Shown: positions 10,675-22,200 of the stretch, piece by piece
How positions within the stretch are numbered: the first letter of the stretch is position 1
Layout of the letters: the number at the start of each line of letters is the position of its first letter
Assembly (NCBI GenBank): GCA_043228905.1
Contig: JBHGNT010000484.1
Location: 1 to 23,216 of the forward strand
Source: Azolla caroliniana
Taxonomy: Eukaryota > Plantae > Polypodiophyta
Direction: 5' to 3'
DNA length: 23,216 bases
The notes under the pieces: generated by a model
The model's input: the letters and a program-made list of their open reading frames with translations, nothing else
The model's database searches: none
Told to the model about the DNA's origin: nothing
Position numbers and translations under genes: made by a program

Positions 10675-11643
10675 ATGACATCTCCAATACAGAACAACAA
10701 TGCAACAGAATGCACCAACATGAATCCTGAATTTCTGCAACAACACCAAGAAAATCGTCAAACTTTTCAGATGGATCAACTAATACAAGCGGTATCTAAC
10801 ATAGCAATACAATCCAATTTGACTAATCAGGCCATGCTGTCTTTTTTCTCTTCGCAGACAGATAGGCATGCTAATTGCCCAGATCCATGAGTACGACCTA
10901 AATCCTTCTCAGGTCTGCCGTCTGAGGACATCCTTTCTTGGCTCGATCATTTTGAGATGGTGGCAAGCTATCATCAGTGGCCCGAAGCACGGAAAGCACT
11001 AGAGATGCGAACTTTATTAGAGGGCATTGCAACCACATGGTTCATACAGCAACCAGAGGAGTCCAAGAACAATTGGTCGATACTTAAATCCCTCATGATC
11101 GGGAATTTTGCTCACCATGACTCAACTCAGACAGCTCTACAGCAACTAGAGACTATCGAACAACAACAACATGAGCCAATAACACAATTCGCAATCTGAT
11201 TACAACAATTACTTACTCGTGCAAATCCAACAATGCTTGAATCGATGAAGCTATTCTTCTTATGGCCACGGCTACGCCCAGAAATATATCGTCGAGTGCG
11301 CGACCAAGGCCCCAAAACATTTCAAAAAGCCATCCTCATTGCGCAACGCATTGAAGCAGCAACACAAACAGAACTCCAGATGAGCTGGTCATCCAATGTC
11401 AATTCCGAGAAGCAGTACAACAACAATGCCACACCGATGGAAATCGATATCCAGAATGCTCAACTACAAGCAAGAAGGAACTTGCCAACCTGTGATGCAC
11501 AAGGACGACCTAAGTGTTTTTTTTGCAACAACTATGGGCACGTGAAGAAACATTGTCGAAAATGGAACAACCAAACACAGAAGCAGAATGTGCAAGTATA
11601 GTTGGCTGACAACAGTTACCGGGCCGACCTGTCGGAAAACTGA
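10675..11643 (+). pseudogene. gag: gag (capsid-like region + CCHC knuckle) with in-frame stops; start codon uncertain
   Basis: One frame throughout: PKSFSG...WLDHFE, A.TWF, PKTFQKAI, PMEID, CFFCNNYGHVKKHC. Stops at 10888, 11197 and 11599; ends ...SEN* at 11641-11643. Confidence 0.88.
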
Positions 11644-11676
11644 GTCGCGGGGTGTTGAAGGGAGCACAACCCCCGC
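11634..11676 (+). promoter_or_regulatory. Predicted -1 ribosomal frameshift signal (G GAA AAC + 6-nt spacer + GC-rich stem-loop)
   Basis: pol is in the -1 frame relative to gag and open through the site. Stem GCGGGGTGTTG (11647-11657) pairs with CAACCCCCGC (11667-11676). Confidence 0.78.
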
Positions 11677-14660
11677 ATATACAAGCATCCACATCCTCAA
11701 GTTCTCCCGTGTGCACGACCATGGCCACAATTCTCAATAGCCCGCAGGAAATTCTCTTCGATTCCGGTAGTAGCATATCTTCCATTAGCCAAGATCTAGT
11801 TGCCCGCCTCAATCTTTCAACCTCCAAAGCCCCCCCCATCAGGGTGTTGTTTGGCGATCACCAACGCCTATATAAGTTCGACACCACAGTTGCCTGCACA
11901 CTCAAGCTAGGTTCCACCACAATCACGCACACCTTCTACGTACTTCCACATCAATTGTTTCCACTCACACTCGGATGTGATTGGTTCATCAAGAGCAGGG
12001 CCCAACTCGATTTCCATACGCATCGCCTCACATTACCACAAGCAAGTTCAGTTCCCCTGTTCACAAGCAAATGCAACCACCAAATCAGCAATGCACAGGT
12101 AGCATTAAGCAAGGAGGTTCGCCTAAATGTTGTCCACAAGATTTTAACTCAATACCCCGAGCTAATCAACTCATCTGACAAGCCCACTACAGTCTCATTT
12201 CCGGTCCAACATGTCATCAACCCCGGAAGCACAACACCTGTCCGGACAACATCAAGACGACGTTCTCCTTTAGATCATGCACACATCGACCAAGCAGTGA
12301 ATGAGATGCTGAAAAAAGGGATCATCTCACCCTCACATAGTGATTGGGTATCAGAACCACACATGGTCAAAAAGGATGATGGCACATACCGATTTTGTGT
12401 GGACTTTCGCAATCTCAATCAAGTGACCATCCATGACCTTTACCCTCTGCCGAGAATAGATGACCTCTTGGACCAGTTGGGATGCTCAAAGTACTTCACC
12501 TCTATCGATCTTGCGGCCGGATATTGGCAAATTCCAATGGACCCAAGAGATGCACATAAGACAGCTTTCAGAACAAGTAGAGGCCTATTCCAGTTCAACA
12601 GGATGCCATTTGGCTTGTCCAATGCAGGCAACACCTTTCAACGGATGACAAATTCAATCTTTGCTGACCTGATCTCTGATGGTACAGTGCTTGTCTACCT
12701 AGATGACATTCTAATTCATACTTCCACATGGCCACAACATCTTCAAGTATTACGATCAGTTCTACAACGAATACAACAACACAATTTGAAATTACAGTGG
12801 AAAAAATGCAGATGGGGTAGCACACAACTAAAGTTTTTGGGCTACATAATTTCTGCCGAAGGCCTCCAGATGGACCCAAAGAAGACCGAGGCTGTGACTA
12901 ATTTTCCTTGACCAACCACAATCAAGTCCTTGCAACGTTTCTTAGGCATGGCGACTTTTTCACTCCGATTCATTCCAAATATGGCCACCATGACAACACC
13001 CCTACGATCCTATTGCGAAAAGGCTCCAAGTTTAAGTGGACAACAGAATGTGAAAACAACTTCATCCAATTAAAAAATACACTACACCACGCAGGTTAGT
13101 TGGCTCACCCAGATTTCTCACGCCCCTTTCTTTTGCAGACAGACGCATCCAATCATGGATTGGGAGCCGTCCTACAACAAACGGATGCGACAGGAGTGGA
13201 GCGCCCAATCACCTATATAAGTCGATCCCTTACCCCTACAGAAAAGAATTACTCCACAACAGAAAAGGAATGGTTAGCAATCGTACGGGCTTTCACAAAG
13301 TTCCATCCCTATTTACACGGCACCCACGTCAACGTCGAAACAGACCACCAATCCCTAGTCCATCTAATTAACAAGCCCCACCCACCAGGTCACCTATTAA
13401 GATGGGCAATGGCTTTACAGGAGTAACGGTACACATTAACTTATAAAAAAGGAGTCCAAAATGTGATTGCCGATGGGTTGTCAAGAGTAAAACACAATGT
13501 GTTCAATTCAACCCTACAGTAGTCCAATTACCCACAACGATGGCCCAGATAGCAGCCCTACAACAAGCCGACGAACAAATACAACAAATCACCCACGGCA
13601 TCCAATCGACCACAAGCAACAAGGTACACAACCATTTCCAGTTGCAAAATAATGTCTTATACTTTATACAAACAGGAAAAGAGCCACGAATCTACATACC
13701 ACAAAGCTTGAGGAATTTACATATGCAATTTTTTCACGATCACCCGATGTCTAGCCACCTCGGAGTCCACAAGGTGTTGGACAAGATCCGTCTCCGATAT
13801 TATTGGCCACAAATGCGTACAAAAATCGCAACCTACATCAAATAATGTCACTCATGTCAACAAATTAAGCCACCCCATTCCAATGACGGCTTACTCCAGC
13901 CTATTATTGTTTCTGAACCCTTTGAATTAATAGGATGGGATATCATTGACCCCTTTCCCGAATCCCAGGCAAGAAACAGGTATATCTTAGTCATATCGGA
14001 ATACTTGACACGATGGACCGAAACCGCCGCAATTCCGGATGCACGAGCTGTCACCATAGCAACAAAGTTGATGGAGTGGATCATTTTCTCACATGGCTGC
14101 CCAGCTCGCATCCTGTCAGATCAAGGCCCACAATTTAGCGGAGAGGTATTGCAAGCATTAGCCACACAATTAGGCATTCAACAAATTTTTACCTCCCCAT
14201 ATCATCCCCAAACAAATGGATTGACAAAATGGATGAACAAGACGATTAAACAACAACTTACCGCATTCCTCGATCCACTACACACAACGTGGGACTTGAT
14301 CCTACCATTCATCATGCATGCGTATAATACTTTGGTGCAGGCCTCGACTCAAATTAGTCCTTTTAGAGGACTATATGGAAGAGACCCTCGTTTACCCCCC
14401 GACATCAAGGTGGATTTGCCCAAAAAACATACTTGAACCGATGCCATGGATTGGTAGTTGCACTTGCAGCAGGTCCAACCTATCGTACGGACGAGCATAC
14501 ACAAGAATCTGCAATTGGCTCAGGCACAACAAAAACGGTGCTATGATAAGGGCCGTCAGGTGGTAGAATATGCAATTGGCGCAAAGGTCCTAGTCTATTT
14601 TCCAATCCGGCGACAAGGACTTAGTGAATCAATGATGCATCGATGGATTGGCCCATCGTA
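11640..14660 (+). pseudogene. pol: pol: aspartic protease, RT, RNase H, integrase with GPY/F-like motif; multiple stops and frameshifts
   Basis: ILFDSGS; RFCVDFR, YPLPRIDDLL, RMPFGL, YLDDILI; LQTDAS, NYSTTEKE, ETDHQSL; HDHPMSSHLG...CHSCQ, GWDI, SDQGPQF, YHPQTNG; RWIGP. Confidence 0.95.
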
Positions 14661-14766
14661 CACGAGCAAGCGCGACGCGTTCTGCCATAGCAACGCGACG
14701 GCGGTAGCTCCCACAGTAAAGGAGCAGAGACTCCATCAGACACAGTCAACATGCTTTGATTTTTTC

Positions 14767-14777
14767 GAAGGGGGGAG
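14767..14777 (+). promoter_or_regulatory. Polypurine tract
   Basis: GAAGGGGGGAG, ending 1 nt before the 3' LTR TG. Confidence 0.9.
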
Positions 14778-14778
14778 C

Positions 14779-15018
14779 TGTGGAGTCACTTGGTAAAACC
14801 ACAGGATAAAACCCCTCACCTAACCCAAGTAGCTATAACTAGGGTTAGGGTGTTAGACCTTGGGTTAGTTAGTTAGGCTATAGTTAGTAAAGGGTTAGTT
14901 AGAAGTAAGTAAATAGAAGTGTGCCAAGATAACCGAATGGATCTTGGAATGTATTACCATGGTGTATAAATACATTCAGATGAAATGGAAAATGAGGAGA
15001 GTTTAGAGGCATTTTACA
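14779..15018 (+). repeat. 3' LTR (240 bp)
   Basis: TGTGGAGTCAC...CATTTTACA; matches the 5' LTR. Confidence 0.96.
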
Positions 15019-15526
15019 ATATGTCAAGTTCAAGATTGTTTTATTGTAAATTACATTGTTTTTTGTCACTCTATATTCTTCATACATCTCAATAAACTAA
15101 AAACAAAAACTTGTATGTGGCTTATATATGTTATACCTCTAGTGTTTTTGGGTAATGTTTCCTAATTGTGTGTGCATTACTTTGTACTTTACATATTGTG
15201 TTTTCAATCTATGTGGCACTTGATGAAGCATTTCAAGGAATTTGCATATGATGTCTAATGTTGATTCATAATTTTGTGAGTCATCAATTGTAAAGCCGGT
15301 CATTGATCCTTTCTAGGAATAGAAACTATGTGTGCATGTATATTTTATATGTAAGGGTATTTAAAATGGGTGGTTATCAAAAAATATATTCTTAATAAGG
15401 GGTATTTTTATTAATTGTTTTTCTACACGAGGGTCACTAAAATAGTAAAAAACATACGTATAAGGGGTTTATAAATGATGTCATGAACGCACGTGATACA
15501 ACCTTCTTATATATAGTGGAGTCCCT

Positions 15527-16761
15527 GGGGTTGGTGCCCGATTAGAATTGTGGCACAAGACGGCAAGAAGTGGAAGGTGAATCCACTAGTCAATGAGGTT
15601 GAGGAGGATTGGATCTTGTACATGGTTGAAGGCAAGCCACTTGAGTGCTTAGAATGGGATCCTGCTGAATATAAGTGGAAGGGAGAACAAGATAAATCAA
15701 TAGGTTTCTTCGAATACTCGACACGCTTAGGGAGAAAGTAATGTTGGCATCGTGAGAAGTGTGCCAACAAATGGACCCATGTAGTTGTCAATTTGGTCTT
15801 CATGGATAGAACCAGGAGCAGGATATGGAACTCATCCCTCCCCGAGCAAGTCAAAGTGTTTTTCTGGTTAATCACCCATCGGGTTGTTCCAACGGGAGAG
15901 TGGCTTGGGAAAAGAGATGGCATGAGTAGTTGCAAGGCCTGCCATGCGAGCTTGGAGGACATCGCACATTGTTTGTGGATCTGCCCACAAGCCCAAGAAG
16001 TTTGGCTGAGGAGCTTAAGAATCTTGGCTCGATTCGGGGTTGAGGTTCATGTATCGAGCGCAACAGTCACTTGGTTGGCCATTGAATCGGTTGCGTGGTT
16101 TCAAAGGTGGAATGGAAATAGTCATTCTTTAAAGGTGATGCAAGGGACTATACAACCAGCGCAAGGAGGTTCATTCTACATACAGGAACGCTACATGGAC
16201 ATATGGTTATTAGTAGTCGGCCTTACAGTTTGGCAAGTGTGGGTATCTAGGTGCAAGGAGACTTTCTCAAGTAAGCGAACCCCCCCAGCCAAGAGTTTAA
16301 TGATGATCTGGTTTAATCTGATTTCTATGTTACCAGGAGGGTTTGAAAGCCTTCAAGAGCCCTCAGACTCAAGTGAAGAAGCTACAACTCGGTTCCTTCT
16401 AAAATGGAGCGGTACTTCGATGTTGCAGATGGTGGATGGCAAAGCGAAGTGGAATTATCTATCATCACGGTGGTTGTTCCCTCCGAGTGTGCCTAACATA
16501 TAGATGGGTGTTGCCATGAGAAGAGAGTGGAGGATGGCTATGCTGAATTTGGGTTGTATGAGGCTCACATGGAGGGTATGTTGTTGAGTAATGCTATGCT
16601 CATCGAATAATGTGGTGTTTTGGAGTTTTTTTGTTGTTTCCTTTACACCCGTTTTCTTTTCGACATGCAAGTTGGCCTGTAAGATATGAGTTGTATATTA
16701 TCCTATGTACATTGCCTTAACTAATGGAAGTAGTTTTTTTTTGAAAAAACATAAAATAAAA
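15527..16761 (+). mobile_element. 5'-truncated L1 LINE of a second family (copy D); ORF2 C-terminal remnant ending at 16503
   Basis: IRIVAQDGKKWKVNP, LEWDPAEY.W, FFEYSTRLGRK, CKACHASLEDIAHCLWIC and RWLFPP are homologous to the B and C ORF2 tails. 3' UTR ends TAACTAATGGAAGTAG-T-run-G-A-rich tail. 5' boundary approximate. Confidence 0.9.
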
Positions 16762-17148
16762 GAACTATTAGATGTATCCTAACGCAAAAGGGGAGGCATG
16801 GATAATAATTTTGAAAGACACTAGTCTGAGGAGAGTGATTCATTCTATTTTTTGATGGTGTAGGGGCTGAAGCATACTTTCATGAGGGGAGAAGGAGAGC
16901 ATACTGGATGTTGGTCATCGCGTCTTCCAATCTCAAGGACCTTGGTAGTAAAAGATGACACTGTTGATAGAAGACGAAGCACATTATCTATTTCTGACAA
17001 GGATGAGTGACGATGGTGTCGGGGGAAGAAGCATAATTTAATGAGGGGATCCAGACAGTAGTGTCATTATGTTTTTTGTATGTACAGGGCGTTGGTGGTC
17101 TACAACGAGAGGTGGTACACCTCCTCTCCTTGAAAGATGTAGGATTGC

Positions 17149-18314
17149 TTGCCTAATCAAAAGTTGATGCTTTCAGGCAAGGCAGTGACATGGGGAATTG
17201 AGAGTGAATGGACTCTAAAGTGGGGAATGGACAGTTTCTTTTTCGAGCCATTTAAAAATGAAGAATTTACTCATGAATGGGGCCATGATGGCACGCTTAC
17301 ATGGTATGTTGATGCTGCAAGTGGTGTCTCAAGACTAGAGCTTGACGAGGGTGAGGTTTATGTGCTATCCACATGGATTAGGACTGGGTTTTGGGCAACA
17401 GAAGAAGCCCAAAAGTATTTAGACATTCAACAGGAAAGTTCTGGTTCTAGACTTGTGCATCATGCTCTCGATAAAGAACTCTTGTTCTCAGTCAAATTGA
17501 AGAAAAAATAGGTAGTTGCCTATGTTATCATTGATAAGGTTACATGCTTACCACTATGGGTTTCGATTCAAAAGTTCTCTTGAGAGATCGATGGAAGTTA
17601 TCTAACTGGCAATGTGTCTTGATGCGATATACAAAAAGTGGTCATTACATGGTCCGTCCTATAGTTGATGGTAAAGAGGTTGGGTGTTTCATTATTGATA
17701 CTGGGACAGGTTGTCTTGCGATCAATAAGAAAAAAGCGATGCAACTAGGCATGCATGGTTTTGGGGAAGTATATGCAACTAGTATTTCTGGTGGTGGTGT
17801 GATGAAGTCCCAATTTTTTTGAGGAAAAAGCTTGCAACTTGGACATGTCAAAATAACCAACCTAGTATTCATGGAGATTAACATTGACAAACTATTGAAG
17901 GAGGTGGATGGATTATGTGGTTTTGATTTGTTCTATGGCTATGTCATCGAGATGTCTCCAAAACATCGCACATTTTCAATATATGATCCCATGGAATATA
18001 AATCAATGGCAGTGGTGAAGAAGCGAAAATGGCAGAGAATGTTTCTATTTCACAATATCCCACATGTTCTAGCAAAGGTGAATGGAAAAGAGGTGATGCT
18101 CATGGTGGACTCGAGGGCAGCAGAGGCTAGCTTGATGTTTCCAAGCAATGTTGTGCAAGGTTTGGATGATCCTGAAGTAGATACAGCGACGGTATTCCGT
18201 GGGCGACGTATGATGGTATCTCAGGCCGATTATGGAAATGTGGGAAAGTTTGAGATTGGTGATCACTTCTTTCTAAGGGTTCTAATTCGATGGAGACATA
18301 GGAGGATCCTATGA
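17149..18314 (+). pseudogene. Two-domain retropepsin-like (clan AA, bacterial-type) aspartyl protease pseudogene
   Basis: HYMVRPIVDGKEVGCFIIDTGTG (DTG at 17697) ... DGLCGFDLF flap/GxxG motif. Second repeat IPHVLAKVNGKEVMLMVDSRA (DSG>DSR at 18108). Stops at 17509 and 17820 and a frameshift near 17575; no evident introns. Confidence 0.72.
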
Positions 18315-18322
18315 ATCTTCAG

Positions 18323-18950
18323 GTTGGAATTTATCTTGATCAACCAATGTTTAGACAAGAGGACAAAGAAATGATCCTATCACCGAGAAGGCCACATATA
18401 GTTGACTGTTTTTCAATTGATGAGTACATTTATGATGGTGGAGGTGGGTCTATAGGCCTGCAGAACGATGATGGAACAACTCTTCACGAGTCACGAAATG
18501 CCTCTAGAGCCTTCTATTCTTATAGGCAGTGGAAAGTACTTGAGATTCAACAAGGTCACAATTCAGTCAGGAGAGCTTATTCAGTCATGCATCTTGCTTG
18601 GGATTAACAGTCACTATTTTGTTCTTGACGCTGATGGTCATCTTCCAACCATATTCTTCTGTTTCAGATGATAAAATCAAGGACCAAAAGGTTGTGCAAA
18701 TGGAATACTCTATAAAAGAGATGATGTTGGACCTTCAAGCAATTGGATTGGAGCTAATATTTTATATAGTGGAAGTCAATATCAAAGGCCACAGGTGATA
18801 AAGAGGTTTATTCGTGCTAAAGTGGATGCCTTCTCAAGGTTTATTTTGAAGGGTAGTGATATGGAACTAAGTGCTAAATTAAAAAGCCTATCACTAGATG
18901 CAAGCATCAGGCTTTGTGTGATTGAACCATCGAAAAAGCTAGATACTCAG
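18323..18950 (+). pseudogene. VPS13: Internal fragment of a plant VPS13-family lipid transfer protein (At4g17140-like), frameshifted
   Basis: Recalled similarity of successive segments: ILSPRRPHIVD...YIYDGGGG, ILIGSGKYLRF..V.IQSG..IQSCILLGINSHY, LDLQAIGLELIFY, RAKVDAFSRFILKGSDMELSA, IEP. They are colinear across several frame changes. Not database-verified. Confidence 0.7.
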
Positions 18951-19247
18951 AGATGTTGTTTATATGTTGAGTATGGTCTTCAGTACATGCAAAACAAAAT
19001 GCGAACATGAAGTTTTCAAACTACCAGCCATGGTGGACAACCATGTTGGAGATTGTTTTCACCTTTATATGTGGTCTTCTAGCTCGACGTAGCAAAGGCG
19101 TTATTGGCAAGGCTGAGAGTTGTATTCATGTATTATAATTATCATTATCTTGCCAAATGCCAAAGCTTATATTTGGTCTCGTTTTGGATAATATATATTT
19201 GTGGAGATGAAAAAATATTATGTACTATTTGTATACTGCCTCTGGCC

Positions 19248-22200
19248 TTTTATTTTTTTTATTTTTTTCCAAAAAAACACTACTTCGCATTAGTTAGCAA
19301 ACAAAATTACATCATAGAACACCCAAAGTTCTTCTCACCAGCCCTCACTCTGGCCTTCCCACCAAAGTGGACATAGTCCCCACCTCATTTTCAACAAACG
19401 TATCCAAACAACTCCAATAACCTAATAATTTGTACCATATCTATACAGATTTACAGCACCTAGACGCTGTTGGAAACCGGAAACAGCCATCGGGGTGCTT
19501 GGTAGTTCCATTGAGGCCCTGATGAGGATCTGCCCACCATAGGAGAATTACCCCATTTCAGCAAGAACTTTGATCGAGATCTTTCAGCTGCATCAGATTC
19601 CCCCTTGATTGAGTCGTATCGTCCCCGCAGCCAAGATACCAACTCAAACCAGATATTTAATAATACCTCACCGCTAGGGATCTTTTGTTGTTGAAAAACA
19701 AATTTACAACGGTTGGTCCAAATGTGCCAGACCGATAAACAAGACACCATCATCCATATCTCCTCAAAAAATTCTGAGTTAGTGCCATGTCGAACTCCAG
19801 CCCGTTGAAACACCTTGCCATCCTGCACTATAAAACCATGTCCGTGGGGATTTAACTGTTCAGCCCAGCCTTCCCCTGTTAACTTCAGCCCTTGTACGGA
19901 CCCCCATACAACTCTCCCATTCACTCCGCATGCTGCCACTATCCTGAGACTTCTACCCCAAATGTTAATAGCCTCACTGCAGTTCCAAAAACAATGAGGA
20001 ATTGATTCCAAAGGGTGTCCACAACTTTTGCATCCAGCCTCACCACCACGACACCTAAGCCACTCCCCCACCGGCACCGCTTTGTGACTAAGAAGCCACA
20101 ACCAAAGCTTTATTTTTTCTGGCATATCAAACGCCCATAGCCTCCTCCAAAACGACTTCAACCAGTCATCAGAAATGCCTTTATCCTTCCAACTATTGCG
20201 AGTTAGGCCAGCACCCATCAATTTAGAGCCAATGATTTGCCTTCCTAGCTTGGTAGTGTACTCGAAAAACCGTTCAAGTTTGTCTGTACCCGGTTTCTGC
20301 CACCACACCTCTAGTGGATCCCAATCCAGATCACATATGGGCTTGTTGTCAACTATCCAGAGTTTACAATCAGATTCCAGCTTCCCTGGGTCCGGGTTTA
20401 CTTGCCACTTCTTACCTTCCAACATTGCCACTCGCACTGCCAACCATTGGCCATTGTCTGCCAAAGCACTTAGGTTGCCCCACAAACGATACTCATTAGA
20501 TGGGCACCTGCCTCGAATAATTTGCGCATCGCCCTCACCTACAAACCACCCAAACCAGACCCCCTCTTCTTCATTCAGCCTAGCTAGACCATCAACAGCC
20601 TTATCTATCAAGTGGGTAACCTTTTCCAGCCTGCCGGTAAATCTAGGACTTCCAACCAGACCCTCCCTTCTTCTCCTTTTGAACTCCTCCCAGTCTCTTA
20701 CTGAACTAACATTGTACCCTACCATTTTCCCCCATGGCAAGTATTTTTTCTGACCAAGCATCATACCATCATCACTTCGAATCCTGGGGTTCCAAAACAG
20801 AGGTTGACGGAGTTGTTCCTCCATTGTTTTTGGCTGCATTAAGACCAGCCCCTCTCTTAAACTTGACCAGGCCCTCATTATGGTGCGGGCCACCCTATCC
20901 TCCATGCTAGTAGGTTCTTTTAACGTTAGGCCTGGACTGAACAACCACCACATCTTTGCCTTCCAAGGGCCGCCATTCCTCGGATTCCAGAGTTCAGCTC
21001 TGTCTCTAAGAAGCAATTTCCACAATTCTGGTCCAGGTTGGAGACTTTGCACCAAGAGCTTACCAAGTAAAGCCTTACTTTGGTGACCTGGATCCACCAT
21101 CCCAAGTCCACCTTGACTTTTTGCCTTGATCAAACAACTCCAGGCCACTTTAGTTGAAGCAGTCTCATGGTCTCTACCCGACCAAAGGAACCCTCTCACC
21201 ATTGCCTTAATATTTTTTATGCACTCTTTATCTAACATCCAGCATGCCAACGAGTGCCACATGGTGGCCAACAAGATATGGTTTACCACAACCACTCTAC
21301 CTACAAGGGAAAGCTTTACTGATGCCCATAACCGAAGCTTTTTTCTGATTTTGTCTTTCACTTGCTCAAGTTGCTAATTTTTCTAAATCTCTATTCCCAC
21401 CAAAAAGCCCAAATACTTAACAGCCCTTCCATTAGGAACCCATTGAAAATCAGCATTAGGTTGCCAATTCGGCCAAGAGTTTGGACTTACCCAAAACCCT
21501 CTACTTTTGTTCCAATTAATTTTCCCACCTGATGCTTTACAGAACAACTCAATTTGATTTTCAGCCTGCTGTAAATTAGCATCATTGCCTTGCAGATAGA
21601 GCATGGTGTCATCTGCATACATGGAGTCCAACAAGTCCTTACAAGCATGTGGGACAACCAAACCTCGAATTCCTGCATCCGGTCTATTTAAAAAGAAAGA
21701 GAATGCCTCTGAGATAAATAAATAAAGGTAGGGGGCCAATGGGCACCCCTGTCTGACAGACTTGCATAATGGAATTGATGGGCCCCGTTGCCCTAGTACC
21801 AACACCCTACTCAAGCTTCCTTTGTAAAGCGCCAACGCAGCTGCTCTCCATTTTGAGGGTAGTCCCAACCGCTCCATGACTTTGTCTAAAAAAGGCCATT
21901 GTACTCTATCATATGCCTTCTCAAAGTCAAGCATGAGGCATGCAATATGTTGATTGGTTTTCTTCGCCAGGGCTATCGCTTCCCAAAAGGTCAACACATT
22001 ATCGATTATACATCTATTTTCCATGAATCCTGTTTGTCCAACATTAATTAGCGCATGTAAGTGGGGTTTGACCCTCTTGGCCAGCATATTAGCAAAAATC
22101 TTATAGATTGTGTTGAGCAACGTAATCGGTCTCCATTGCCTCACATCTGATACTATACCCTTTACCTTAGGAATTAGAAATATTAGTCCCTCTTTAAAAT

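Larger units (their letters stand above)
10250..15018 (+). mobile_element. Ty3/Gypsy LTR retrotransposon, structurally complete, coding region decayed
   Basis: Two TG...CA LTRs, PBS, PPT and domain order gag-PR-RT-RH-IN. ATAT flanks both ends (10246-10249, 15019-15022). Confidence 0.97.

Noticed and set aside
14660-14796. env-like gene or chromodomain after the integrase
   Set aside because: Only about 110 nt before the PPT and no recognisable motif; the ORF merely runs into the LTR.
15500-16780. TSD for LINE D
   Set aside because: No convincing direct repeat found at the two ends.
16760-19247. Helitron or TIR termini around the gene fragments
   Set aside because: CTAG occurs (for example 16821 and 19079) but without a clear subterminal hairpin, and no terminal inverted repeats were seen.
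20175-20753. 192-aa plus-strand ORF and other short antisense ORFs within the elements
   Set aside because: Shadows of the coding strand with no motifs.
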